NCBI GenBank assembly: GCA_951406725.2 | Contig: OX597825.1 | Coordinates: 11,594,001 to 11,658,000 of the forward strand | DNA length: 64,000 nucleotides | Reading direction: 5' to 3' | Origin: Octopus vulgaris | Lineage: Eukaryota | Shown: one piece after another, positions 27,008 to 41,183 of the stretch | Position numbering within the stretch: the first letter of the stretch is position 1 | Layout: every line of letters begins with the position of its first letter | Notes under the pieces: generated by a model | The model's database searches: none | Told to the model about the DNA's origin: nothing | Seen by the model: the letters and a program-made list of their open reading frames with translations, nothing else | Translations under genes and position numbers: made by a program

Positions 27008-30000
27008 ACGCACACATATAGTTAATTTTTAGTTTGCAATTGATTTTGCAAGCATTATCGTAGTGTTTTTCTCACTTCTTTCCTCCTCACCTTCTCCTTT
27101 TTCGCACATGTGGCTACAACCAAGAATGGAAGTCTTTTTCTATATATTCAAGCATACTTTCTCTGTGTATATTTCGTTATGTAAAAGTAACTTACCGAAT
27201 GGTAATGCTGCATAAGTGTTTTTTTGTCGTAAAAGTATAATTGTCCTCTTGGTTCAATGAAGCAGACGTTAGATTGACGTCCAGTGAAAAGCATAATGTA
27301 AGAATCTATTGTTTTTAAAGATATATTGCATACTTGAGTTCGTTATATGAATAACAGGAAGAGCAATGATTTACAACTTAATAACATTGACAAGATACTT
27401 CATTTCTTATTGTACGACAGAGACCACTGGACAATTTGAGGTAGCAGAACAATTGAAGATAAAAGACGAAATAGATTTTGTACAAATCAACAAGCAATTT
27501 CAAAACAAAACCGATTATAATTTGACAGAAACAAAGACTATGTTTGAAGGAAAATTATTTGGTGGAAATAGACAAAAGAATATAAATAACTACTGGCTAT
27601 TTTGTTTATACCATTAAACATACGTTTTTTTACCTTTATCTGAATATCTTTTGGATATATTTTAGATGAAAAAATATGTAAGCTCAAAGAAAAAGAGACT
27701 GAAAGTGAAAAAAGAAAATAACAGAAATAAAATGAAAAATAAACTTCATTTACTGTTTTATTTCTTAAAAATAAACAGCAGTCTCAAAGTGAATATTCGA
27801 TTTAATCAGTTTGATCTTGAAATATTGAAAGGAAACTTGGCTATATATTGTACGTGTGCATTGATCTGTAGACTTTTAAAAGAAAGAAACCCACAAACAT
27901 TGAAATTAATAAAACTACAAAAACGAATTCGTACTATTTTCGTCTCCGATGACATAATGAAATGAAATATATAATAATGAAATGAAATAGACAAAAGATA
28001 CTGAATATAAGCTGAGCAATAAATTCCATAGTTTATTATTAAAATCCTAGAAAATCTCTTAAAATATGATTGTTCTTTTATCAAAACGATAAAGCTATTT
28101 CCGAAAGAAAATGTATAAACTGAAATATTTTTATATTAAAATTCTTTTTGTTTAAAACTAAATTGCTACTGATCAGCTTGCCAGTCGAGGATTGTTTTTA
28201 AGAAATGCATCATTAATAAAGCATTTCAGGTGCCAGTGTGCTTATGAAGTGAACATAATGGTTAAATGAAATTACGAAAATTCCAGTATACGTTCAGCGT
28301 TTAACTGTTTTATAGAATAATCCGTTGCTACAAAGCTACAGGGAATATTCAGAAAACATAACAAATGCAATCGAAATACGGGCAATGACAGAATCTCTCT
28401 TGTAAGCGGCTGTTCATTTCAAAACACAGCAAATATATTGCCGTATTTTCCGTCATGCAAGATGAGTATTATATAGTGTAAACATGTCGCGTAAACATTC
28501 AAATACCGTCATTATTTTTCCAAACCCTACTGCTTTCCAAAACCTGAAAATGTTAGTTTTCCATAATCATCTTGGTATAGAAGCCAACTTACCATTTTGG
28601 ATGTAAATTTTGGTCTGAAGAAAATAATTCGATTTGTAAACGCTTTCGTCTATATACAACAAAATATTGAAATGGGGATTACATTTCAAAGATCAATGAC
28701 TTAATCATACGACAAAATTTATTCATGTCTTACCACTCAGAATTATAATATTATTCTAATGGTGTCAGATGTTACAAACAAATGATTGTCTTTAAAACGA
28801 AAATAAACGGTTTGTATGTAAATGTCGTAAGATGTATTTAAAATATGTAACTCAATTTGGATATGCTACTGACCTAAAGTTCTTATCAATATATTCCCTG
28901 ATTATAGACAGATCATATTCCAGAGCTAGATAAAGAATTAAATGATTAAGAATTTACTGATCGATACGACTAAAGACTTGATACTGGTGATGATGAACTG
29001 TATCGTAAAACTAACATCACTATGAAAGCAAAATCAGATGTTTATAAGAGCTCTATCGTCACGGATGAGAATTAGTAAAACATGCAGATTCTAAATGGTT
29101 AAGTCCAGACCGGTAGTTAGTAAGTCGGCTGGAAGTGGTAAATATAATCGATCTGTGTTCAATATTTGACCTTACTCAGCAGTATTATCAGAAGTGGAAT
29201 AGATATTATACCGATCGAAATGTATCTTTCACGCATTCAAGATAATGAAATTATTAAATAATAACAGTTTTAATACAAATAATAATCAGTGCTTACATGA
29301 AATAAATATAGATCGGTTGAACAGACATATCTGATGTGCCTATATGGACCGTATTTGTACATTTAGTTGTTTATTAGTATACATCGAATTGTTATGTCTT
29401 TATTAAGTATTAGGTGTTTTAGCTTTGAAATAAAGCACAGGGAAATAATTCATGTGCCACAGGCTGTGCATCAACTTACTGATAATTCTTGTATACGAGA
29501 AAGTTATAGATATTTTAATGTTAGTATATTTCATTCAATCCAAAGCTTTGAAAACAGTTCCATTGAAATTTACTGCAATAGGCCTTATTTCAAATTATTC
29601 TCTATAGAAAGAGCTGCATCAAGGATAATCGTTCTTTGTAATTCTACAGAAATTACTCAAGAATACTTCACTTTTCATATATGAGCTGTTGCACTTATGA
29701 TATGAAAACATCGCTATAGGAACAGAATTTTATATTAAGGATTAAACACAACAGGCGTTGTAAAGAATGTTAGACATGGCATTATAGCTAGCCTTTTTAC
29801 ACGATACAGCATCTATGAAGACACATAGTCCAGCGTAATATTTAGAGAACCCGAATATCAATCTCATGTATATTTTCAATACGTATTGAAAGTATCGTAT
29901 CATGATTTCCCTTCTGGAATCCCTATTAAATTTTGCTAGATATTTCAGTTTTTGAACTTCAATTTATTAAACAACTTCCATTTTATTTGTAATTCCACAG

Positions 30001-30025
30001 AAACCATAGAAGGATTTATATATAC

Positions 30026-30067
<42 letters not shown>

Positions 30068-30159
30068 CACACATATACTATGTATATATATATATATAGT
30101 ATATATATGTGTATGCATATATATATATATATATATATGCATATATGCATATATATATG

Positions 30160-30191
<32 letters not shown>

Positions 30192-30507
30192 CATGTGTAT
30201 ATACACGTATAAACCACATATATATATCTTTGATTTCCAATTTGAATGCATCATTTACTTGTATTTTAAGAGTGTTTGCTAATTGGTAATGGATTCTCTT
30301 TCATCGCATTTCATTCAATCAGATTTTATCTTCAACATTCCTTTGATGTGATGATGAAATTATAAATAATGGGGTGTTTCTACTGTAATATAAGCTGAAA
30401 GTTACAATTGAGATATCTTTTATTGCTATTCTAGCATATCCCTTCCATAAGCATACATAAATCATTATAAATACTTGTTTATATATATATATATATATAT
30501 ATGCATG

Positions 30508-30598
<91 letters not shown>

Positions 30599-30684
30599 AT
30601 TTATATGTATAAAATAAATTTTATACATATATATGCATATACATATTTACATATATATATTTATACATATATATGTATATATAA

Positions 30685-30721
<37 letters not shown>

Positions 30722-30899
30722 CCTATATAGGTATGGATATATGCATATATATGTATATATAGTTTTTGTAGGTATATATACGTATATATGTATGTATGTA
30801 TAATGAGCTATTTTATTCATAGGCTAAATTTGTACTCAAATGGATTGAATTCACGGTTGATTGCGCAAATGTTTTCTCTTTAATGATATCTTCCTCGTA

Positions 30900-32270
30900 C
30901 AAATTCTTCGACTATATTTAGAAAAATGAACACGTCATATGTGCCTATCGAGCCGTTGAAATATTAAAGCTAAATTATATATCACTTCTCTGAGAATGAG
31001 TTCCATACTTTATTTCACTACAATTCTTCTCTGAGGGGATGAATATTCTAATTCCCCATCGTTTGTGATACATTATTGTCACAAGCTATTGTCTGTACAC
31101 TCCTGTGTGAAAGTTTCAGCTTTGGCGCTTTGAAGATATTCGTCATACAGTTTTAAGTTTCCAGTTAACAAGCGTTCAATATCGTTCGATTTCGTCGAGT
31201 TATCTCTTTCGTAGGTTTTAAGTCTTTACCTGTTTTGTCGTAAGTTGCCATGTTTTGAAAATATTTGCCTCACTTTCCTCTTTTCTATTAATATGCCGAT
31301 TCCTCGTACATTTACCTCTTGTCTTTTACAGTGATGATAGCATCGTCTACTTGCATTTACTATTTTATCCATTTCTTTCTTTTTCTTTCTTTAAAATTTA
31401 TACAAAGTATTGAACGGTCTAATTAGTTTTCGAACACTATCAGTTTCCTCTCATTCTTCTCTACTGTTTACCTGAACCTTCCTGATCTATAAACGACTAC
31501 TTTGTTATCCATTAGTTTAGAATTCTTGTTGTTTTGCGGTAGACTAGGGGCTAAATTCCTTGGCGCAACAATACTTATCAGGTGACACACCTAACATATA
31601 CCTGTTCTTATTTCTTTCATTTAATCTATTTCTTTTGCACTTATTCCTTACTACAGGTAATTTGCGGTTTATTTTCTTTCAACTCATTTTGACCACTTAT
31701 TTCACCATTAATCAATATTTTCGTTCTACTCTTGATCAGTTATCGTCGCCTGATTTTGTGTGTGCAAATAGGTCACTCAGTATTTTACTTATCTCCTCTA
31801 AACTGTCTCTCGTTAGTACAACGTCATTAACAAATTTTGAGGTGGTCTTTAGTTTTCATTGATCTTGATTTCTCATTTCTACTAGTCTAGTATCCTGAAG
31901 CTGTTTACACAGTTGCGAATTATTTGGTTGATGCGGCGTATTCTTTTGAAGTACCCCTCCTTACATCGATTAAATACCTTGTGCGTATAATAACAATATC
32001 CCTACTTTTACCAATAAATAGCTGCCACCAAGATCTCTTCGATACATATCTCTTTCAATAAATCCAACATATCTTAAGTCTTTATTGAGTCAAAGACTTT
32101 CCACGTAAGCAAGAATTATTAAGCCCAGTAGTAAAGATTTTTTTCTCCTAGATATTTTCGATTAGTGGACGCTTGTGCAGAACCCATTTCTGAAACTATC
32201 TACTCTGGTGATCCTAACCCTGGAATTGATCCTTTCTGCACGCTGTCGGTTGTTTTATTAGTCATTAAAA
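30900..32270 (-). pseudogene. decayed RTE-type LINE reverse transcriptase fragment
   Basis: Minus-strand translations SFRNGFCTSVH (~32165-32200) and WKVFDSIKT*DMLDLLKEICIEEILVAAIY (~32015-32105) match the RT motifs GFR.G.ST.DH and EKAFDSV. Many stops and frameshifts. Confidence 0.65.
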
Positions 32271-34096
32271 AATACACATCTCCTATGTCAGTATTTATGT
32301 TCGTATTGATGACTGTACAACTGCCATAAGTATACCAGCCAGACCTAGTGAACCGCATAACAAAATCTGTGATCCCTCACCAAGAAAACTCCTATCACTA
32401 ACAAGTAATTGGCAATGATTTAATTAATATTTACTCAATTCTGGGTGCAAGCATATGTACACCAACTCACGTGTGTGTGTGTGTGTCTGGGCTTGTATGT
32501 GTCTGTGTGCGTCTGTTCGAGCGAGTGTACGTGCGCCAGACCATGTATATGTGGGCATTTATACATCCATATATACTATCGGTTATATCTAAAACTTTTT
32601 TCTCTGCATTGTGTATTTGCTTCTTTGTGTATCTATTATTTGTTATCGATCTTCTATAAGTATGAAGCTGCATATCCTAATTTGCCATTTATATATTGAA
32701 AGACCAAAAAGAAATCTTGCGAAACATAGTTTATGTTAACGAAATATCTCTTGAAATCACCCGAGGAAACACATTTATGCCGACGGATACACCTAAACTA
32801 GATTTTCACTATGCCACCCGCAAGGGATCGATGCTAGATTGGCCGAATCACTTATAGTGATCAATGAAGGTTCTCGTATTTTCCATCATTCGTCTTTTTT
32901 CATTAATGAAATATATATATATATATATAAATAAATATAAGAGAGTGGTCACTATATTGCTCACTCTAGCACCAGTTAATCCAAAAGGTTAATTATATAT
33001 ATATATATATATATACACGTGCACAGATATATTTTTAGTTTCAAGTGACATCACTAGGTTGGTCGGAGATGCTGCATCAGTGATACTTCAAGCATTGTAG
33101 GTTGAATTGAGATTTTTCAACAGCGGACGTCCTCGTGCAATTGACAAAGCTCGAAAAGTTGAAGCGGATTTTTTTCTATCATTCCTTTTCTTTGGTGAAA
33201 AAAGGACACCCTTTGTATGATATTAATTCTCGCGCTCGAAATGAAAATTCCAAATTCCTGAATGATCCACCTGCTACTAGCAGTTGATTATAATCTTAAA
33301 GTATGATTATCCACGAAGAATCACATTGGTGCCCGTTGCATGTTCTTCCTTTTCTGTGGTCCTTGGTATTTCATCTCTTCTGATGTTGAATAGCAAGAGT
33401 AAGAAGCAACGATAAATATAATTATATTGTGCAGTCATTTATGATAAATTGATTAAGCCTGTCCTACTCTGTTGCTGTAGAACCTAAATTGCCTCTAATC
33501 TGGAAGGCAAAACATGATGTTATTGACCGTACTGGCTATAAAGTGTCATCGAAAAGCTTCTACCACCAATTTCTGCTACAGAGAGAGTAAGTGTCCGCAA
33601 AATCCAATCATGGAACCACAAGAGCTTCCATACATATGCACACCCACCAATCTAACTAACCCATACACAAACACACGCACACATGAAATATTCTCCTCAT
33701 GCAAGCACGAACACTTAAAAATACTAAAGTATTTTAAACGAATAATTTTTCAAAAAGCTAAGCATGTAAATATCTCATCAACGCCCCTCCCAAAAACTAG
33801 ATCATAAACTATCCCCATAATGTACAGAAAAGCATTTTTACAGCTTCACAGAAAGTAAGTACTTCAGAAAATTATCTAAAAGTGTCCCTCTCTCGAACCT
33901 AAATCCTCTGAAAATATTTTCAAATATAAGTACACAAATCTAAATATTCTCACATGAGAATATATATTTGTAAGCAAGCAAATTGGAAGACCCTCTTCTC
34001 TTTAGCTTTTCTTACTTTCTTTTCGTATTTAAATTTTAATTCTTTTTAAATTTTGAATTAAATTTCTTTGTATTCCGAATTTTATACATCAATATA

Positions 34097-34426
34097 TATT
34101 TCTTTATTGCCCACAGAGGGTTAAACACAGAGGGGACAAACAAAGGGATTAACTCGATTACATCTACTCGATTACATAACGGCAGACGAAATACCTATTT
34201 CTTTACTACCCATAAGGGGCTAAACACAGAGAGGACAAACAAAGACAGACAAACGGATTAAGTCGATTACATCTACCCCATTGCGTAACTGGTAATTATT
34301 TGATCGACCCCGAAAGGATGAAAGGCAAAGTCGACCTCAGCGGAATTTGAACTCAGAACGTAACTGCAGACGAAATACTGCTAAGCGTTTCGCCCGGCGT
34401 GCTAATGTTTCTGCCAGCTCGCCGCC
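34097..34426 (-). mobile_element. SINE family A, head + one full and one deleted unit
   Basis: Internal junction gacgaaatacctatttctttac at ~34185-34206. Confidence 0.88.
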
Positions 34427-34696
34427 TTATTCATAATGGATCACGTTCGCATATACCCTAAGGCCTAAACTAATACGTTATAAAACATCTACCTTTAAAA
34501 TATGACTGAAAACAATGTTAATGAACATATAGCCCAAACACTTTACTTCCATAGAACATCAGGTTTAAACCTTCGAGATACTAACCAAATTACTTATAGA
34601 ACAATGAACAACAACAGAAAAAAACATACTCCAAAAACCTGTATATGTGTGTGTATGTGTGCGTGCGTGTGCGTGCATATTTACATATATATATTA

Positions 34697-34752
<56 letters not shown>

Positions 34753-34757
<5 letters not shown>

Positions 34758-35126
34758 CTCTCTATATAAACGGCAGTTTGTCTGTGTGTCTGTTAGGTTG
34801 TACCCTCACCCTGACCATGGCTTTCAACCGATTCTGATGAAACTTGACACACACATAGCCCAATGTCATAATTCAAATCTAACGCAGCGAAAATTTTGAA
34901 AAGTTCCCCCAGTTCTGAAAAAGATCGATAAATTCGACATGGGGTCGACAATCAGAAACACAAACCACAGATGGTCTAGGGGACGCAACTCGACCTTTTT
35001 AACTATCAAAAAAAATTTACCATAATTTTTTTCCCATTTTTTTGCTATTTTTTTGCTATAACTCTCTAAAAATGCTTTATAGTTATTTCCCTTACAAACC
35101 CGAGCAACGCCGGGCGATACTGCTAG
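34753..35126 (+). mobile_element. non-autonomous Helitron
   Basis: Starts TC after (TA)n and ends cccgagcaacgccggg-cgatactg-CTAG followed by T. The 3' ~70 bp are shared with 10247-10646. Confidence 0.85.
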
Positions 35127-35801
35127 TTATATATAAATGCATATGGAGAAATTCAAAATGTAATGATGATGCAATGAATAAATTAAATTAGTGTAATCAA
35201 GCAATATGCAAATATAAACACGCAACAAAAGACAATATATAAGACAACCCCACTTAAACAACAACAGCAGAAACACTGGAAGTTTCACAATGAAGAGTGG
35301 CATGCATGTTGTTTTGTAAATTTTGCCTCAGCTTCTTTTACTCTTCTTAATGCCAAACAGAGAAAGAGAAAGTGAAAGTACAGTAATTAAAAATGGTAAA
35401 TTACAACTTATTGACAAGTTTTCTAGTCATCTCCATCATGGATGGCAGCTTTTATCAAATTAATGACAGAGCTATGACGATCTTCTCCATATTTAGACCT
35501 GTTGAAGAATATTGCCTGAGTCTCACGCTTTCTATTATATAGAATAATTCTTTTGATTGTTTCGTGTTGATACGCCTTTTTTTTCTTTAGATAATGTTTT
35601 TACTCTTTCGCAGTTGAGTGCATCATCAATTATTATGATGGGTTTCCAGCGCAATCTTCGGCAAAATTGATTTCATATATACAAGAGTAAATAGCATAAA
35701 ATGCAAACTATTGCGCGTGCTGCATGGCAGTTTGATGACGATTAATGCATAGAAACACACATAGATGTATTCATACCTACAAACATACATATATATACAT
35801 T

Positions 35802-35866
<65 letters not shown>

Positions 35867-36053
35867 GTAAACATAGATTTTTTTTCATATAGGTGTAAAG
35901 TTACTATCATTTATGCGGAAACGTAGAAAACATGTACGCATATATACACAGTGTACACAATCATAAAAATAAACACACACACACACGCGCATACACAACA
36001 CACATATATACATATATATATACATATATATATATATATATGTATATATACAA

Positions 36054-36147
<94 letters not shown>

Positions 36148-36339
36148 CATATATATTCAGAGGCATACAGACGCTCACAGGCATGCATATACATATATAC
36201 ACATATACAAATTTCTACATACATATAAACACATACACAAACTTACACATATATATACACACACAAACATATATATTTTATATATATATATATTTATATA
36301 TATATATAAATATAAATATAAATATATATACATACATTC

Positions 36340-36401
<62 letters not shown>

Positions 36402-36418
36402 GTGTGTGTGTGTGTGTG

Positions 36419-36475
<57 letters not shown>

Positions 36476-36819
36476 TTTATATATATGAAGATTAAATAAA
36501 CACTACAACACAGATTCACCGAGATTTAGAATTTATAGGTATATACAGCCTGATATAACCCAAGGCTGTGTAATTAATGACGTCCGTCTGGGAATAAGTA
36601 AATGGAGAAGTAAATCAGATTGCCGACAGAAAGCTAGAATATAATCTTAGATACGCTTTAAAATCTTCTTTCGTTTCTTTTACTTGCCTCGGGGGCCTTA
36701 ACATGTTTTATTGAAGTAAGCACTGTCATAGGTTTGGAAAATTAGAGACGACTGGATATCTGTTTTAAATAGATTCCAGACATCCAAATTTTTACTTTCT
36801 CTTATTCATTTAGTTATGG

Positions 36820-37387
36820 TGTTCCAGTGCTGTGCGATAAATCGTGAGTTCAAATTTACTTCTGTTACTGAAGGAAGGAATTACAACCGTGTTTCGTGGT
36901 CTGTTACCACAACAGCTCCTTTATAGGATCCAGTTAGCTCAAGACATCACCAGAAGGAACCACGTCCGGTTTCGTCCCCTACTCCTCTACCGTTTCGACG
37001 TGGCGGGGGTCTCCCTTTCGGAAGTGTCTTCAGCTCTGGTGTTGGGTGCATGTCTTCTTTCTTCTTCTTTCTTCCGTTCACTGACCTCTTCGATGTATCG
37101 TCAGCGAGTGTCAGCCGGTGCCTGACTGACTTGTCCAATTTTTCCCTTTAAATACCTGTCGCTAGGCTCCAGCAGGCAGCCCCAGCAAGTTGTCACGGGA
37201 CACTGTCTCACCTTAACTGACCAGTGAAGGCGCGTAGTTTTAGCCCGCGCATTCTCTAAACGACCGTCACCTGTCAGTCAGCGAAGCTGATTCAGTGTCA
37301 GCTTGTCTCACCTAGTGATGCTATTTCCCGCCGGCGTGTTTATGACTTTCAAGCCATTATATTTCATTACTATGAATCGTCACAACA
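36820..37387 (-). mobile_element. probable solo LTR
   Basis: GC-rich island bounded by TGTT...AACA. The minus strand has TATA-like ggtatttaaagg and a downstream agtaaa. TSD only approximate (ttatgg / aaatgg). Confidence 0.55.
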
Positions 37388-37554
37388 AAATGGCTGTAGG
37401 TTGAGGAAAATAGTGTAATATTGTACAGGAAACAAAATATCCTGTGTTATTTACTTAGGTTATGTCAATTTAACGGTTCAATTTCCGTCGTGTTCAAATT
37501 AACACATTTCTTGGATTGATAATATAAATCTTCGTTGATTTATATACACTTTTA

Positions 37555-37947
37555 CTTTTTTACTTGTTTCAGTTATTTGACTGTGGCCAAGCTAGAGCAC
37601 CGCCTTTAGTCGAGCAAATCGACTCCAGGACTTATTCTTTGTAAGCCTAGTACTTATTCTATCAGTCTCTTTTTGCCGAACAGCTAAGTTAGGGGGACGT
37701 AAACACACCAGCATCGGTTGTCAAGCGATGTTGGAGGGACAAACACAGACACACAAACATACACACACATGCACACACACATACATATATACGACAGGAT
37801 TCTTTCAGTTTCCGTCTACCAAATCCACTCACAAGTCTTTCGTCGGCCCGAGGCAATAGTAGAATACACTTGCCCAAGGTGCCACGCAGTGGGACTGAGC
37901 CAATATGGTTTGTAAGCAAGCTACTTACCACAGAGCCACTCCTACAC
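37555..37947 (-). mobile_element. full-length SINE family D (tRNA head, CORE-like domain, internal (TG)n, tail)
   Basis: Minus strand ggtgtaggagtggctctgtggtaagtagc..gtggcaccttgggcaagtgt..(tg)n..gactgaaacaagtaaaa-like end. Confidence 0.85.
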
Positions 37948-38899
37948 CATATTCTTCCCAAATATGCGTGGTTCTTTGACAAAGAGAGATATCATTTTAT
38001 CTTGCCGTCAGAAGTCTGGAAATATGTCCAGTGCACTACTTTCACTTTTGTGAGAAGGCTTATGATTCATATCACTTTCGTTTATCGACTCGAAATAATC
38101 TTTAAAAGATAAATAATGGACCATATGAGTGCTTAAATTTTTTGCAATAATACAATTTGTTGCAATAATACAAGCTGCAATAATACAAAAATGAACTTTC
38201 CTTTTCTTCAACTAGAAGTGTTCGGATTTTAATTAACTCATAGCATGGACTGCTGAGCACATTTTATAAAAATGAGACCACCATGCATACATAAAAAAAT
38301 AAAAAAGATAGTTAAAGTATCTTCTTAGTGGTGGCAAGTTTTACATCATCTGAAAAGTCATTAGTTGAACTCTGAGTCCTCTTGCACTCTGGGGGTGGAG
38401 TATAAGAGCGTTTGAGTGACATTAGACGCCAACAAATGCCTATAAATGAAATACATCGATCTGGGCCACGATCGTGGTCTGTCAACCTGTGCCTGATGGC
38501 CACGATCTTGGCTCGTCGCATTTTAAGTTTTAAAGATCTGTATCAGTAATAAACTTCGAGGTTACTTATTTTTAACTCAACCCAGATAATAGAATTCACG
38601 CAGAAATATTGAAGTTGAAAAAGCAGAACAGTTCTACACGGCATCACGCTATGGTTACAGTAATTAATTTAAACTCAAAAGGAAAAAGAAAACGAGAAGA
38701 CCAGAAGTTAAAGAACGCAGAATCCAACATCAATAGCCACTTCCTCCACCATTTCTTCTTTGCAATCTTTCTTCTCGTCTGATTCGCGTGAGACTTGGCC
38801 TTTTCAATTATCAATGATGTCAACAGCGAGAAATTGAAATCCTCGGCCGCGCCAAGTATGAGAGGATGAAAAATATTTTATTTATTGCTTTACATTTTG

Positions 38900-39185
38900 T
38901 ACTTGTTTCCGTCATCGGACTTCAGTCATGCTGCGGTGTCACCTTGAAGAATTTTAGTCGAACGAATCGCCCCTGCAAGTTTTTTAAACCGGTACCTATT
39001 CTATCGGTCACTCTTGACGAAACTTTTAGTTATATATGATATATGGATATACATCGGCTCGAAATAAAATAAAGTTTGTTAAAAATTGTTAATTTTAACA
39101 GGTACCCTATTTACTAAAGTCATATGTGTATATGTCTGTGTCTGTGTTTGACCCCCCACCCACCACCACATCGCTTGACAACCGT
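38900..39185. mobile_element. degenerate SINE family D fragments
   Basis: acttgtttccgtcat..catgctgcggtgtcaccttgaag..tagtcgaacgaatcg. Confidence 0.6.
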
Positions 39186-39324
39186 TTCAATTTGTTTAAT
39201 CAAGTCTCTATTCGGTAATTCTATCCCTGCTAGGGACTGTACCTTGCCTGTTTTTAGGTAGATTATTCCGCACTTCTCGAGTCCAAATTCCATTCAAATA
39301 TCAGTACTAAAACAGTGGACATTG

Positions 39325-39800
<476 letters not shown>

Positions 39801-39922
39801 ACTTCGTCTTCTATTTTACTAGAAATATTCAACAATATCATTTCCTGTTAGACAACTACTGCTATTTTATGCTGAAATTTATGGCGGAATTTTTCTTTGA
39901 AATATATACACAAGTAATACAC

Positions 39923-41183
39923 AAATTTATGTAAAGGCTTTTCAAATAATTCCACCAATCAAATAAAACTTGATGCCACCTCGTATGTTCTCCTTAGCGT
40001 GAATTAATTAACAACCGCAGCGGTGTTCTTTGAGAGTTTTAATTAATTTTAAAGCTAAATCGATAAGCAAATAACTCAGAATTTAAATATATATATATAG
40101 TAGAACTAATATAAGTCATAAAATACATTTTGTTAGCTCGAAATAGTCCAGAGAATTATGTTATTAATAACAATAATTATTCTCAAATATTTCGATATGT
40201 AATACACTTAATTGGCATACACTTCATCCCTGATTTTTCTCTGATTCACTAGAAAATAAACAGTTCTATAGAAAATATGGATCTTTTCGGTTTGAACGGC
40301 AGTTTTTTCTAGCGGTGTCACATGAAATTGTCACACATAATTATGACCCTAGTATCGATCTATTGCATTTCAATCTATTTTAGATTTAGGGTTAGTTAGG
40401 GTTAGGGTGACTTAGTTAGGGTTAGTTAGGTTAGGGGTGGGGGAAGGGTATCTTTTTTGCTTCACAAATGTAAATAAACCCAATCTGTTTCTTAAACGAC
40501 GAACATATTCATACGGCACGGAATGTTTTCACCTCAATAGACGGTCATTGATTGGTTGAAATTGCTGAAATGCAAGAAATTAAAGACCAATATCTTACAA
40601 ACTATAGAATTTTCTCAATAAAGCCAAGAGAAAAAGATATTTTATAAACACATTCTACCAGTATACGAAGTTCAAAATTTTTAGTTACCTAGAAATTATG
40701 TTAAAAACTGCCGTTCAAACTGAAAAGATCCGAAAGTATTGTTTTTTTTTTATAAACGAATGAAATATTTTGTTTAATATTATTCTTACACAACGTGATC
40801 AGACATGTTTATGAAACCATTCGCAGTTTTACTCTTAGCAATATTTTGCAATTGGATTTATCACCATAGACATTCTTAACTGAATGATATAATATTAAAA
40901 CAAAGACCCGCGGGCAAACATTTGTTAATAAGGAAAGAAAATCAAATCAAATATAGTTCTTTACTCTCAACAAACGCACTACAAAAATGCAATGTACTTA
41001 GTGACTTATTTTACTATAGTATTTCTGATATTTACATAAATTTTATTCTATTTTGAGATTAATTAAAGCTCTTACAGAACACTGCTGTGATCATTAATTA
41101 ATTCATGCTAAGGAGAAAACAGAAGGTGACATCTACTTTCATTTGATTGGTCGAATTATTTCATAAGCCGTTAAATAAAATTT
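39923..41183. mobile_element. old fold-back/MITE-like element with long diverged inverted arms
   Basis: 39923-40050 aligns to the reverse complement of 41055-41183 (e.g. ttctccttagcgtgaattaattaa vs ttaattaattcatgctaaggagaa). Weaker alignment extends to ~40130 and ~40990. Confidence 0.75.
40279..40731. mobile_element. MITE with ~28-bp TIRs starting GG and an 8-bp TSD (Merlin-like), with internal TTAGGG repeats
   Basis: ggatcttttcggtttgaacggcagtttt ... aaaactgccgttcaaactgaaaagatcc. Flanks gaaaatat / gaaagtat. Confidence 0.88.

Noticed and set aside
33030-33225. SGRPRAIDK peptide suggesting a Tc1/mariner N-terminus (similar case at 38312-38521)
   Set aside because: Too short and degenerate to support without a database search.
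38660-38870. GC-richer segment that might be an exon
   Set aside because: No convincing splice pair, and no recognisable peptide on either strand.
40385-40450. TTAGGG repeats as a telomere or chromosome-fusion scar
   Set aside because: Short, degenerate and internal to a TIR-bounded MITE.
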